From assembly GCA_050253415.1 (NCBI GenBank), contig JBFWJC010000001.1, positions 776,679 through 840,678 on the forward strand: 64,000 bases of DNA, given 5' to 3'. This document shows, in pieces, positions 40,976-52,000 of the stretch. The DNA comes from Pedobacter sp. GTDB taxonomy: Bacteria; Desulfobacterota; Desulfuromonadia; Desulfuromonadales; Syntrophotaleaceae. The notes under the pieces were generated by a model that made no database searches, was not told the origin of the DNA, and was given only the letters and a program-made list of their open reading frames with translations. Positions within the stretch are counted from its first letter, which is position 1, and each line of letters opens with the position of its first letter. The translations under genes and the position numbers were made by a program.

Positions 40976-41698
40976 ATGGATTCCTACCGCATTCTGGTGG
41001 CGGAAGACGAACCGCATATCCGCGAAGGCCTCATCGATATTCTCGAAGGGGAAGGGTATCGGGTAATGGCCGCCGGGGACGGCATTGCCGCCTTGCAGCT
41101 TAGTGAAGAAGGTAGCTTCGACCTGGCGCTGCTGGATATCATGATGCCGGGTCGCAACGGTTACGATGTCTGTAGGGAACTGCGGCGTCGCCAACCGGGG
41201 CTGGCCATCATCATGCTCACCGCCAAGGGCGAAGAGATCGACAAGGTGCTCGGCCTGGAGCTGGGGGCCGACGACTACATAACCAAACCTTTCGGGGTCC
41301 ATGAACTACGCGCGCGCATCGCCGCCGTGCTGCGCCGCAGTCGCAGGGCGGCTGGGGCTTCGGCCGAGACCTTGCCCACCACTCTGATCATGGGAGCGGC
41401 CAGCGTCGATCGCAAAACCTATCGGGGACGCCTTGGTGAAAGCACCTTCAGTCTTACCGCCCGCGAGATGAAGCTGCTGGAAGCCTTTTACCGTCACCCC
41501 GACGAAGCTCTTCCGCGCAATACCCTGCTGAATCTCGCCTGGGGAATCGATTATCAGGGCACCACCCGCACCCTCGATCAACACATCGCCCAATTGCGCA
41601 AAAAAATCGAACCCGACCCGGCCTCGCCGCAGGTCATCACCACCGTACATGGCGTCGGCTACCGCTATGTTGCCGGTAACTCGAAGTTCCTTTCCTAG
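40976..41698 (+). CDS. OmpR-family response regulator
   Basis: AEDE, DIMMP, GADDYITKPF, RTLDQHIAQLRKK, TVHGVGY. Confidence 0.93.
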   Translation: MDSYRILVAEDEPHIREGLIDILEGEGYRVMAAGDGIAALQLSEEGSFDLALLDIMMPGRNGYDVCRELRRRQPGLAIIMLTAKGEEIDKVLGLELGADDYITKPFGVHELRARIAAVLRRSRRAAGASAETLPTTLIMGAASVDRKTYRGRLGESTFSLTAREMKLLEAFYRHPDEALPRNTLLNLAWGIDYQGTTRTLDQHIAQLRKKIEPDPASPQVITTVHGVGYRYVAGNSKFLS

Positions 41699-41716
41699 CA
41701 GGGATGGGCCGAAAGG

Positions 41717-43180
41717 TCAGCGGCGTCCGCCGAAGATGGAGCCCAGAATCCCGCGTATGATCTGGCGGCCCAGTTGGCTGCCGATGGTACGGGCCGCGCT
41801 TTTGATCATGGCCTCGCCGACGCCTTGTCGGCGCGACGCTGCCCTGGGTTGGCTTTTGGCCGGGGCAGGCTCCGAGGTCTGGGCTGCGGCAGTTTGGGCC
41901 CGCTGTTGCAGCATCTCGTAGGCGGAGTTGCGATCGAGGATCTGCTCGTAGCGGCCGTTGAGGGGGGAGCGTGAGATAATCGCCTGCCGCTCGCTATCGG
42001 CCAGCGGGCCGATGCGGGATTCCGGCGGGCGGATCAGGGTGCGTTCCACCGGCAGGGGGCGGCCTTGGGGATCGAGGGCCGAGACCAGCGCCTCGCCGAT
42101 GCCGAGAGTGGTGATGACGCTGGCGGTATCCAGCTGTGGATTGGGACGAAAAGTGCGGGCCACCGTGGCCACTGCTTGCTGGTCCTTGGGGGTGAAGGCC
42201 CGCAGGGCATGCTGGATTTTCATGCCCAACTGACCGAGCACGCTGTCCGGAATATCGAGAGGGCTCTGGGTGACGAAAAAGACCCCCACGCCTTTGGATC
42301 GAATCAGACGCACCACCTGCTCGATCTTTTCCGCCAGGGCCTTGGGAGCCTGGGAGAAGAGCAGATGTGCCTCGTCAAAAAAGAACACCAATCGTGGTTT
42401 GTCCGTATCTCCGGCCTCGGGCAGTTGCTCGAACAGTTCGGACAGCAGCCACAGCAAAAAGGTCGCGTAGATGCGCGGCGACTGCGCGACCAGGCGGGTG
42501 GCGTCGAGGATGCTGATTACACCCCGTCCGGAAAAATCGACATGCAACAGGTCGCTCAGCTGCAGGGCCGGTTCGCCGAAAAACAGGTTGCCCCCCTGTT
42601 CTTCGAGGACCAGCAACTGGCGTTGAATGGCACCGATGCTGGCGGACGAGATGTTGCCGTAGGTCGGGCGCAGGTCCCGCGCATGGTCGCTCATCCAGGC
42701 CAGCATGGCGCGCAGGTCTTTCAGGTCGAGTAGTAGTAGACCCTGATCGTCGGCAATGCGGAAACAGGCATACAGCAGGCCGCTCTGGGTATCGTTGAGA
42801 TCGAGGAGGTTGGTCAGCAGCAGGGGACCCATTTCCGAAACCGTGGTGCGGATGGGGTGACCGTTCTGGCCGTAGATATCCCAGAACGCCACCGGGCAGG
42901 CGCTTGGCGCATACTCCGGCAGGGGGATCTGGCGCAAGCGTTCCTCGATCTTTGGGTTGGGGGTTGCCGCTGCACCAAGTCCCGACAGGTCCCCCTTGAT
43001 GTCCGCGGCGAATACCGGTACCCCGAGACGGGAAAAACCCTCCGCCAGGATCTGCAGGGTGACGGTTTTGCCGGTACCGGTGGCTCCGGCGACAAGTCCG
43101 TGCCGGTTGCTCATGCTACCCAGTTGTTGTATGGGGATACCATTGGCAGCACCGATGATGAGTCCTGCAGTCTTGTTCAT
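41717..43180 (-). CDS. HerA-like ATPase DUF853 (YjgR family)
   Basis: NRHGLVAGATGTGKT, DIKGDLSG, FFFDEAHLLF, QHALRAFTP. Confidence 0.9.
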   Translation of the reverse strand: MNKTAGLIIGAANGIPIQQLGSMSNRHGLVAGATGTGKTVTLQILAEGFSRLGVPVFAADIKGDLSGLGAAATPNPKIEERLRQIPLPEYAPSACPVAFWDIYGQNGHPIRTTVSEMGPLLLTNLLDLNDTQSGLLYACFRIADDQGLLLLDLKDLRAMLAWMSDHARDLRPTYGNISSASIGAIQRQLLVLEEQGGNLFFGEPALQLSDLLHVDFSGRGVISILDATRLVAQSPRIYATFLLWLLSELFEQLPEAGDTDKPRLVFFFDEAHLLFSQAPKALAEKIEQVVRLIRSKGVGVFFVTQSPLDIPDSVLGQLGMKIQHALRAFTPKDQQAVATVARTFRPNPQLDTASVITTLGIGEALVSALDPQGRPLPVERTLIRPPESRIGPLADSERQAIISRSPLNGRYEQILDRNSAYEMLQQRAQTAAAQTSEPAPAKSQPRAASRRQGVGEAMIKSAARTIGSQLGRQIIRGILGSIFGGRR

Positions 43181-43354
43181 GGTGTGGTGGTCCTTGTGGT
43201 TGGTTATAAAACAGCGCACGGATGCGCTTTTGGATTTTTGAATGCACTACTCCATGAAGGCATGACATTTGTCGCGACGACAGGTGGTACTCGTCAATCC
43301 CGGCATCATGCCGCCTCCTGGGCAGTGCTTCTCTCCGGTCAGGTCTGAGCCGGG

Positions 43355-43543
43355 TCAATGTACCAGCGTTACATTGTTTTTAGACCAGGTCTTATGTTCG
43401 CCATTGTCCAGTTCGACTTCGAAGTATTCATCCGGGCGGCAGGCGATGATCTTGCCAACCTGGTGCAGAACGATATGCTTGACGCGTTTTTCGGTTCCCG
43501 GTTCCAGGGTCTGGCAGATGTTTGCAAATTCATCGTGACGCAT
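43355..43543 (-). CDS. Small hypothetical protein (62 aa)
   Basis: AAAGGAG RBS; compact beta-rich sequence. Confidence 0.6.
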   Translation of the reverse strand: MRHDEFANICQTLEPGTEKRVKHIVLHQVGKIIACRPDEYFEVELDNGEHKTWSKNNVTLVH

Positions 43544-43586
43544 GGGGGTATCTCCTTTGCAGGGTATGGCCGGATGCCATATGGCG

Positions 43587-44006
43587 TTACGGATAGATGT
43601 CCTGCACGACATCCAGAATCAGATGGGTTCTTTCGTGCAGCAGGACGATGTCGGTGCCGACGATCAGTCGCACATAGCCGTACGGAAGGCGTGCCAGTCG
43701 CCGGTCAAGGTCATGGGGCAGTCGGTAGCTCGACAGGCCCGGGGGCAGCTCGCCATGCCGCGCCAGGTGTTTGCGCAACCCCGGCGGCAACCTTTGTTTT
43801 TTTGCCAGCCCGGGCGGCAAGGCGCGGCGATAATAATTGTAGATAGCGACCCGATCACGATCGGAAAAAGCCAGGTCCATGCGGACATCGCGGCTTCGCA
43901 CGGAGACTTGGCCATAGTTGGGATTGGCGACACATCCGGTCATCAGAGGAGCCGCGGCAAAAAGAGCGACCAGCAGCCAAGTGATTGAATCGAAACGCAA
44001 TTTCAT
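43587..44006 (-). CDS. Lipoprotein with PPGLAKK motif (RcnB-like)
   Basis: Lipobox MTGC; LPPGLAKK, LPPGLRK; YVRLIVGTDIVL. Confidence 0.75.
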   Translation of the reverse strand: MKLRFDSITWLLVALFAAAPLMTGCVANPNYGQVSVRSRDVRMDLAFSDRDRVAIYNYYRRALPPGLAKKQRLPPGLRKHLARHGELPPGLSSYRLPHDLDRRLARLPYGYVRLIVGTDIVLLHERTHLILDVVQDIYP

Positions 44007-44121
44007 GGCACCCTCCCGGTATTTGGCAATTACACTTTATTTTAGCAGAGAATTCTTAAAGTGAGACCTGGCAGGGTGTTTTTGACCTATTCCTGGTGGC
44101 AGTTTCGCGCAAAGACCTGGA

Positions 44122-44353
44122 TTAACCGCGGAGCTCGCTGAGCCCCCGGGGAAAATCAGTTGGTGTGACAACACATTTTTCGCATTTTCAACGATCCTAA
44201 ATGTGTTTGCAAAGCACTTTAAATCTTTTTTTACAGGGATACTCAAGATACGCAGGATTAAAAACCAAGCCTTTGTCGGTGAGCTTTCATCCTGATCATC
44301 CCTGTTCGCTGTGGATTTATTGTTGTCGGGGGGCTTCGCGCTCTCTGCGGTAA
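44122..44353. repeat. Nested palindromic intergenic element with 9-bp periodic arms
   Basis: Outer arms TTAACCGCGGAGCTCGCTGAGCCCCCGG / TCGGGGGGCTTCGCGCTCTCTGCGGTAA; inner arms ACAGGGATACTCAAGATACGCAGGAT / ATCCTGATCATCCCTGT. Confidence 0.6.
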
Positions 44354-44529
44354 AAAAGCTCTTTCCTGGTCCTGGCCTTTTATATCGTTCTGGTAACCAA
44401 CCCGTTACCAAAAACAAAAGCCGCAAGCTCATCCAGCGGCAGACAATCGATATGCGAAGGTGTATACTGCGCCTTTGCTGTGGGTTTATGTTTCACCATT
44501 CTTTTACCTCTATTCACCGGACCCCTTTC

Positions 44530-45741
44530 ATGTCGACACAAACTGAAACCAGACACAACCTGCGCCTGATTATTCTCCTGCTCGGGGCCTTGACGGCCAT
44601 CGGTCCCTTGACGATCGACACTTACCTTCCGGCGTTTACCGCTATCGCCGCCGATCTGCATACCGATGTGGCAACGGTGGGCTGGTCTATGAGCAGTTAT
44701 TTCATCGGCATTGCGTTCGGGCAGCTTGTCTATGGACCTTTGTTGGATGTTTTCGGGCGCAAGAGTCCCCTCGTTTTCGGGCTGGTATTGTACGGAGCAG
44801 CCTCCCTGGGTTGCGCTCTGAGTTCGAATGTTCAATGGCTTATCGGATTGCGGCTGGTGTTGGCGCTCGGTGCCTGTGTCGGGATGGTTGCGGCACGGGC
44901 GGTGGTGCGGGATCTTTTCCCCCTCAACGAAACGGCGCGGGTTTTTTCGACGCTGATGCTGGTCATGGGGCTGGCACCGATCGTGGCTCCAACCCTGGGA
45001 GGGGTCATCGTTGCCAGCCTCGGATGGCGCTATATTTTTATTCTGTTGGGCGCTGTTGCCGTGTTGATGCTGGTCGGCGTCTGGTGGATACTGCCTTCCC
45101 TTGCCGGGCATGGCCGACGTGAAGCTTTGCATCCTCGCAGGGCGTTGCGCGATTACCTGGCGGTACTGGCGGTGCCGGGCTTTACCCTGCGCATGCTGAC
45201 CGGGAGCTTCCATATTGCCGGCCTGTTTGCCTATCTAACCGCCTCGCCGCTGATTTTTATGGATATATTCGGCATGTCCGGGCCCCGTTACGGTTGGACC
45301 ATGGGATGCAATGCCCTGGCGCTGATTGTTGGTAGTCAGGTCAATGCCAGATGCCTGAAACACTTTTCCCTGAGCGGCGTATTGTGGGGCAGCAATCTGT
45401 GCCAGCTGGCAGCCAGCGCACTGTTTGTCCTTGGTGTGACCTTTGCTCCGGTCAACCTCTGGATGGTACTGGCCTTTTCGGCAGTGTACCTGTTCTGCCT
45501 TGGTTTTTTGCTGCCGGATATTACCGCCCTGATCATGCACCCGTTTGCGCGAGAACAGGCAGGCAGTGCTTCGGCGCTGTTGGGGTCGGTGCAGATGCTG
45601 GCCGGCGCCGTGGCTGCCGCCATGGTGAGTGGAGGGTATGACGGCACGGTTGCCGTCATGACGATAAGCATGCCGGTATGTGCCCTGGCCAGCGTCGGCT
45701 TGCTATGGCGAGAACGGCGGATGGGGTATGTGCAGGTGTAA
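44530..45741 (+). CDS. Bcr/CflA-family multidrug MFS transporter
   Basis: GPLTIDTYLPAF, GQLVYGPLLDVFGRK, RAVVRD, APIVAPTLGG; about 12 TMs. Confidence 0.9.
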   Translation: MSTQTETRHNLRLIILLLGALTAIGPLTIDTYLPAFTAIAADLHTDVATVGWSMSSYFIGIAFGQLVYGPLLDVFGRKSPLVFGLVLYGAASLGCALSSNVQWLIGLRLVLALGACVGMVAARAVVRDLFPLNETARVFSTLMLVMGLAPIVAPTLGGVIVASLGWRYIFILLGAVAVLMLVGVWWILPSLAGHGRREALHPRRALRDYLAVLAVPGFTLRMLTGSFHIAGLFAYLTASPLIFMDIFGMSGPRYGWTMGCNALALIVGSQVNARCLKHFSLSGVLWGSNLCQLAASALFVLGVTFAPVNLWMVLAFSAVYLFCLGFLLPDITALIMHPFAREQAGSASALLGSVQMLAGAVAAAMVSGGYDGTVAVMTISMPVCALASVGLLWRERRMGYVQV

Positions 45742-45807
45742 TTGCCTGTTCGTGCCGCAAGACGTTTATGAGGAGCCTTGAATTTTTTTGCCCAGCTGTT
45801 ATGTTAA

Positions 45808-46965
<1,158 letters not shown>

Positions 46966-47007
46966 TCCTGTCCCGGAGGCAGGGCACGGGCAGACGTAAC
47001 AACCGGT

Positions 47008-47051
47008 AAAAAAGGCCGGGCGCTTTGAGATAAAGCCGCCTGGCCTTTTTT
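47008..47051. terminator. Terminator after gap
   Basis: AAAAAAGGCCGGGCG...CGCCTGGCCTTTTTT. Confidence 0.75.
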
Positions 47052-47052
47052 C

Positions 47053-47098
47053 TTGACAGAAATTTCTTTTCGGATAAAATCATAACCAAATTGGTTAT
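47053..47098 (+). promoter_or_regulatory. Sigma70 promoter with perfect palindromic operator
   Basis: TTGACA-16-TAAAAT followed by ATAACCAA-A-TTGGTTAT (47082-47098). Confidence 0.65.
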
Positions 47099-47129
47099 AA
47101 ATAAGAATGTTATCTGAAAGGAGACTAGG

Positions 47130-47237
47130 ATGGCTGTTTGGAAATGCGAAAAATGCGGATTTGAAAAAGAAGGCCGCTGTAAGCCTAAAAAATGTCCCAC
47201 CTGCGAGGCTGCCGGCACCTTTGCCAAGAAGGACTGA
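47130..47237 (+). CDS. RCKP-type rubredoxin-like peptide (35 aa), absent from ORF track
   Basis: AAAGGAG RBS; MAVWKCEKCGFEKEGRCKPKKCPTCEAAGTFAKKD. Confidence 0.9.
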   Translation: MAVWKCEKCGFEKEGRCKPKKCPTCEAAGTFAKKD

Positions 47238-47262
47238 TTTTTTCCTCCCCTGAATCCTCTCC

Positions 47263-47301
47263 AAACCAACAGGGCCGGCATATCGCCGGCCCTGTTGGTT
47301 T
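47263..47301. terminator. Terminator hairpin of the left repeat
   Basis: AAACCAACAGGGCCGGC-ATATC-GCCGGCCCTGTTGGTTT. Confidence 0.8.
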
Positions 47302-47463
47302 ATCTGCTAGCCCTTTTCAAAAGCAGGCAAACTCCCTGACATTGAACGATCCTGGTCTTTTTCGTATTCCAGGGTTCGCTGGGCAAGAGTTTCCACCACC
47401 ATTCACTGACCGCAAGTTTTCCAAGATAACTTATCGACCAGCAGTGCTTTGTGCTGCTAGCTG

Positions 47464-50400
47464 TCAGGAATTGAACGGGACCTGATAGCTTCTAATCGAG
47501 TCCCGAAAGTAATTCTTTTTCAATAGAACGATAAAGTCTTTGGCGCTCATAGGTTTGCTGCATAAATAGCCTTGATAGTATTCGCATCGGAACTTTTGAA
47601 GCAAAGCCAATTGTTCTTTTGTCTCGACACCTTCCGCGATGGATTTCAAACCAAGGCTTTGCCCCATTTCGATAATGGTCTTTGTTAAAACAGCATCGTG
47701 CTCATCGGTGCAGATATCCCGGATGAAAGACCGATCGATTTTCAGCCTGTCAATGCAGAAGCGCTTGAGGTAGCTCAGGCTGGAATATCCCATACCGAAA
47801 TCATCAAGTGCCAGACTAACCCCGATAGTTTTCAGCTCCTGCATAATATTTTCAACTAAGGGTAAGTTTTCCAGGAAAAGACCTTCCGTCATTTCCAGCT
47901 CCAGCCGCTGCGGGTGTAGACCATATTTTTGTAGGGTTCTCGCAACAAAAGAAGGGAAAGCCTGATCAAGAAATTGTTTTGCGGAGATATTTACTGCGAC
48001 AGTTATGGGGGGCGCCCCTTGTGCATCCCATGTCTGGATGGTGCGACAGACTTCTTCCAGAATCCATTCTCCCAGGGGGACGATCTGGTTTGTCTCTTCA
48101 GCAATGGGGATGAACTGGTCGGGAGGTACAAAGCCCCATGTCGGATGTTGCCAGCGAATGAGTGCTTCTGCACAGACAATTTTATTGTCATCTACGGTAC
48201 AGATCGGTTGATAGTGCATGATTAACGCATCGCTGGATATCGCTTTACGCAACTCTTTTTCAATGTGAGAACGCTTTTCGATCCTGGCACCAATTTCCTG
48301 TTGGTAAAACTCGATCTTGTTGCCTCCAGCCTTTTTTGCAACATACATGGCGGCATCTGCTCTTTTAAATAAGGTGTCGAAATCCGTGCCATCCTCACCA
48401 TACATTGCAACGCCTATGCTCATGCTGATATATGCTTGGTGCTCATTGAGGTTAAAAGGGAGTGCGGTAACTTTGGAAATTTTCTGAATCATGGAGCCAA
48501 GAGCCGATGCTGACAAGATATCGCCGAACAAAAGTAAAAATTCATCCCCACCAATGCGACACACGATATCGGTGCTCCGTATGGCATTCTGCAATCGTTC
48601 ACCGATTTGGCAGAGTAACGAATCGCCGGAAGAATGGCCCAGAAGGTTATTGATGAATTTAAACCCGTCCAGATCCAATACGCAAAGGGCCATGGATGTC
48701 TTAGATCGCTGCGCGTAAGACATTTGTTGGGCAAAATGGTCTTTTAGGAAGAAGCGATTGGGTAGACCGGTTAAATGGTCATGGTGAGCCAAGTAGGCGA
48801 TACGTTCTTGATCTTTTTTTTGATCGGTAACATCCATCAAAACCGCCATGATGGCGTAGATTGTTTGTTGTGAATCATAAAGAGGTGTATTAAACAGTAG
48901 AAAATCCCGACACTGACCATCCTTTGTATAGCGTTTAACCTCCACCCGGGAAATTATTTCTCCGGCAAAGACGCGTTTGTTTTTCTCAAAAAATTCTTGG
49001 ATGTCTTCTTTCGGAATGGATGGTACGAGTCGGTTCAAAGTTTCCTTTTCCGACCATCCTAGAACCTTTTCTGCTTCGGGGTTCCATGATAGGACCTTGC
49101 CGTCCTGAGTGTGGGCGATTACTGGCAAGGGCGTGGCCTTATAAAGCGCTTCGAATTTATTGTTGGTCTCCCAGTTTTCTTCCTCGGCTCTTTGTCTTTG
49201 CTTCTCCCGATCGAAGTTATCCAAGGCAAAGGAAATGTCGGCCGCCATCTCTTCAAATACTCTGACAATGTCAGTGTGAAAAAAATCTTGCTCCCGGGCG
49301 TAAAGGTTGAGGGTCCCGAATAAACAATTCCTGGAGCGTATGGGGAAACAAGCCATCGCCTGAATGCCCTTTTTTTGAGCGTCATTGACTCGTGTATGGA
49401 GATACGGATCCTTTATGATGTTATTGCAGATGTAGGCGCGCTCGGTTTTAAGCACCCTTTCTGTAATGTTGGGCCTATTGTGAACTGGGTCTATGGAAGA
49501 ATGGCGAGGGGGGATTCCATCAAATGCTATAGTCTGAAAATTTTTTGTTTGTGGATCGACTTGATTTATAAGTGCAATTTTGAGGTGGCCATTATTGATT
49601 GCGACCCGGCAAATTTCCTTCAACAATGAATCCGCTGTTTTTTGGCGTACAATAGCCTGATTGGTATGGCTTAGAACATCATAAACCCTGGCCAGCCTTG
49701 ACGAGACCTCTTTCGCTTCTTTTCTTTCCGTGATGTCTGACAGGGTGATGATGTAGAAGTTATCGTTGCCGCTGAAATCAAGAGACTTTTTGCCAAAAAT
49801 GCTGAAACACCGATCACCCTGTCGGGTTGAAATTATTTTTTCAGCAATAAAAAAATCACTATCCTTCATTATATTGAAGTTCAGGGATCTTAGCCAGTCA
49901 AGAGTTAAAGAGGAACCAATGGATTCGGAATAATGGTGATTTAATAGATGCAGTTCGCTGAAAGTTTCTCTTGCGGCAGAATTAACGTTCAGAATATCGC
50001 CAGCATCATTAATCAAAAAAACCGGATGTGGAAAACTTTCAAAAATCAACTTATAACGATTCTTTTTATTATTAAGATTGAAGTTTGTTGATATTAGCTC
50101 CTCTATGCTCTCGTCTTTTTTCTGTCCTATCCATTCATTAATAAAGCCAAGTTCAATTCTATCAAAGCATCTATCCAAGAGTAAGAGATACTGAGCCTTA
50201 CTTTCAATATCATAATTAGTCTCTTCTATAAAGTCCCGAAAACTTTGCCGATAGTATTTATTCCATCCAAAAAACATGGTTAAAGTAACGCCACGAGCTC
50301 TATGCTTTTGCGCTTCGATTATTCCAAAAGAGGCGAGACAATCTTGAGTATAATCTTCTTCTGAAGAGAGTTCAGGAATGTCTTTATATAAAGTGGCTGC

Positions 50401-50562
50401 AAGGCAAATCTGGTCGGTAAGCCCTCTTATTGCACCGCGCCATGCTTCAGCCATCGAGGGCGCATGTTTGATGAATCCGGTTTTTTTAGCATAGCCGAAT
50501 ACTCGTTCAAGGATCCGGTCTTCACCAAGCTTGAGGGTGTCGCCTAAAGGTGAAAAATCCAT
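47464..50562 (-). CDS. PAS/GAF diguanylate cyclase-phosphodiesterase (GGDEF-EAL)
   Basis: HDHLTGLPNR, DLDGFK, RIGGDEF, AEALIRW, LELEMTE, DDFGMGYSS, KIDRSF, AEGVET. Confidence 0.95.
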   Translation of the reverse strand: MDFSPLGDTLKLGEDRILERVFGYAKKTGFIKHAPSMAEAWRGAIRGLTDQICLAATLYKDIPELSSEEDYTQDCLASFGIIEAQKHRARGVTLTMFFGWNKYYRQSFRDFIEETNYDIESKAQYLLLLDRCFDRIELGFINEWIGQKKDESIEELISTNFNLNNKKNRYKLIFESFPHPVFLINDAGDILNVNSAARETFSELHLLNHHYSESIGSSLTLDWLRSLNFNIMKDSDFFIAEKIISTRQGDRCFSIFGKKSLDFSGNDNFYIITLSDITERKEAKEVSSRLARVYDVLSHTNQAIVRQKTADSLLKEICRVAINNGHLKIALINQVDPQTKNFQTIAFDGIPPRHSSIDPVHNRPNITERVLKTERAYICNNIIKDPYLHTRVNDAQKKGIQAMACFPIRSRNCLFGTLNLYAREQDFFHTDIVRVFEEMAADISFALDNFDREKQRQRAEEENWETNNKFEALYKATPLPVIAHTQDGKVLSWNPEAEKVLGWSEKETLNRLVPSIPKEDIQEFFEKNKRVFAGEIISRVEVKRYTKDGQCRDFLLFNTPLYDSQQTIYAIMAVLMDVTDQKKDQERIAYLAHHDHLTGLPNRFFLKDHFAQQMSYAQRSKTSMALCVLDLDGFKFINNLLGHSSGDSLLCQIGERLQNAIRSTDIVCRIGGDEFLLLFGDILSASALGSMIQKISKVTALPFNLNEHQAYISMSIGVAMYGEDGTDFDTLFKRADAAMYVAKKAGGNKIEFYQQEIGARIEKRSHIEKELRKAISSDALIMHYQPICTVDDNKIVCAEALIRWQHPTWGFVPPDQFIPIAEETNQIVPLGEWILEEVCRTIQTWDAQGAPPITVAVNISAKQFLDQAFPSFVARTLQKYGLHPQRLELEMTEGLFLENLPLVENIMQELKTIGVSLALDDFGMGYSSLSYLKRFCIDRLKIDRSFIRDICTDEHDAVLTKTIIEMGQSLGLKSIAEGVETKEQLALLQKFRCEYYQGYLCSKPMSAKDFIVLLKKNYFRDSIRSYQVPFNS

Positions 50563-50802
50563 TGTGGCTCACTTTCATGCAGGCATAACCATGGAAAAAC
50601 GACCAAGTTTCCAGTATTTAATGAATTTTATCGAAGTGTATCAGGGGGTGGTAAAAATGCCATAATTTATTATATTTTTCTTTGAAAATAATAATAAAAA
50701 TTGCCCCTATCTGTTTGCATATCTGGAACCCCTGTGTAGAATGAGAATATTCAAAGGCCTTGTTTTTGCTCGGGTCTTTTTGTGTGTCGAGAAGGGGGCG
50801 CA

Positions 50803-51387
50803 ATGAAGGTTCTCATCCTCAACGATTGCAGCGATAAAAAAACAGCAGTATCTGACCCGCTAAGAGGTATTTGCGATGGAATTGCTGCTCCCCACGAGAT
50901 CGAATGGGTCAATATTGGCAGTCTGACAATTCAGCCCTGTATGAGATGTCTTAAATGTTATCCGTGTGGCGAATGTCTCCTTCCTGAAGACGACGCTCAC
51001 AAGATCGGGCGTATGCTTTTTGCCGCCGATGCTTTGGTGATCGGCCTGAATGCCTCCATGAACAGGCTGCGTTTCCGATTTAAGATGCTGCTTCAGCGCT
51101 GTATGGCATCCATAGTTTTTCAGGATCACGAAGGCAAGCTCTGCCCTTGGCGTAAAGGACGGGTCGCGGTGGTTGCAGGGATGGAATCATCGGAACGAAT
51201 GGTTGCCGGGTCACCAGGCAGGTCTGGCATTGTTCCCCCTTTACTCAACCAAGTATTGGAATCCGGTGGGTTTCATGTGATTGGTAATGTGACCGGATAT
51301 TCAAGTGAATTTTCTGTGTCTGGAATGTTGCCCATAGAGCAAGCCCGGGCTTTAGGATGCTCCTTGTCCTGCATTATGTCGGTCTAG
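50803..51387 (+). CDS. Divergent flavodoxin / iron-sulfur flavoprotein-like protein
   Basis: IQPCMRCLKCYPCGECLLPEDD Cys motif and ADALVIG; the usual GSPR FMN loop is not evident. Confidence 0.6.
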   Translation: MKVLILNDCSDKKTAVSDPLRGICDGIAAPHEIEWVNIGSLTIQPCMRCLKCYPCGECLLPEDDAHKIGRMLFAADALVIGLNASMNRLRFRFKMLLQRCMASIVFQDHEGKLCPWRKGRVAVVAGMESSERMVAGSPGRSGIVPPLLNQVLESGGFHVIGNVTGYSSEFSVSGMLPIEQARALGCSLSCIMSV

Positions 51388-51514
51388 GCAGAGAACACGG
51401 CTCCTACCGGGCCGAGTCGCTGCCTCTCCTTGCCAAATTACCATGTATTTTGACATAGCAAGAGGACTTTGCTTTAGCGTTGCTGTTAAAGTCTGCCACT
51501 CTTTTGGAGGAGAA

Positions 51515-51892
51515 ATGGTCTCCATAAACGAGTCTTTGGCTATTTCTGAAAAGCGTTTGGAAGATCGTGTCGCTGCACGAGTTACGGTGCAGCTGTTTCA
51601 GGAGAACAGAGTCCTCCTCACCGAATATTCTGTCAATTTGAGTGTTGGCGGGATCTTTCTGGAGGCGGAGAAGCTTTTGGCAGAGTGGACGCGTTTGGTG
51701 CTTCATTTCGAACTGCCCGATTCAAGGCATATTCATTGTCAGGCCAGGGTTGCCTGGGTAAATAACCCTCAAAGCCTGCTTTGCCAAGATCTTCCGCCGG
51801 GCATGGGTATACAATTTATTGACCTTCAGCCTGAGGATATGGAGTCCCTACGAGAATTCGTCAAGAAAAAGTTGATTTTAGCTGCCTGGTAG
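51515..51892 (+). CDS. PilZ-domain protein (TIGR02266-like)
   Basis: RLEDR (RxxxR) and NLSVGG (D/NxSxxG); ARVAW; GMGIQF; GGAGG RBS. Confidence 0.9.
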   Translation: MVSINESLAISEKRLEDRVAARVTVQLFQENRVLLTEYSVNLSVGGIFLEAEKLLAEWTRLVLHFELPDSRHIHCQARVAWVNNPQSLLCQDLPPGMGIQFIDLQPEDMESLREFVKKKLILAAW

Positions 51893-52000
51893 CTTTGGAG
51901 AAAAGTACAACCCAATCCCCTTGCGAGCTTTTTTAATAACAGATGGATCTTGATGGGGAAAAACTGGTCACAACATCATAAATATTTGTGAGGGGGAGCA

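Larger units (their letters stand above)
47042..47306. repeat. ~265 bp direct repeat, left copy (promoter, RCKP peptide gene, terminator)
   Basis: Aligns by eye with 52744-53010 over its whole length. Confidence 0.92.

Noticed and set aside
51385..51425. c-di-GMP-I (GEMM) riboswitch upstream of the PilZ gene
   Set aside because: CACGGCTCCTACCGGGCCGAGTCGC resembles the 3' stem only; the GGCAAA/GAAA-loop/GACGCAAAG half is absent
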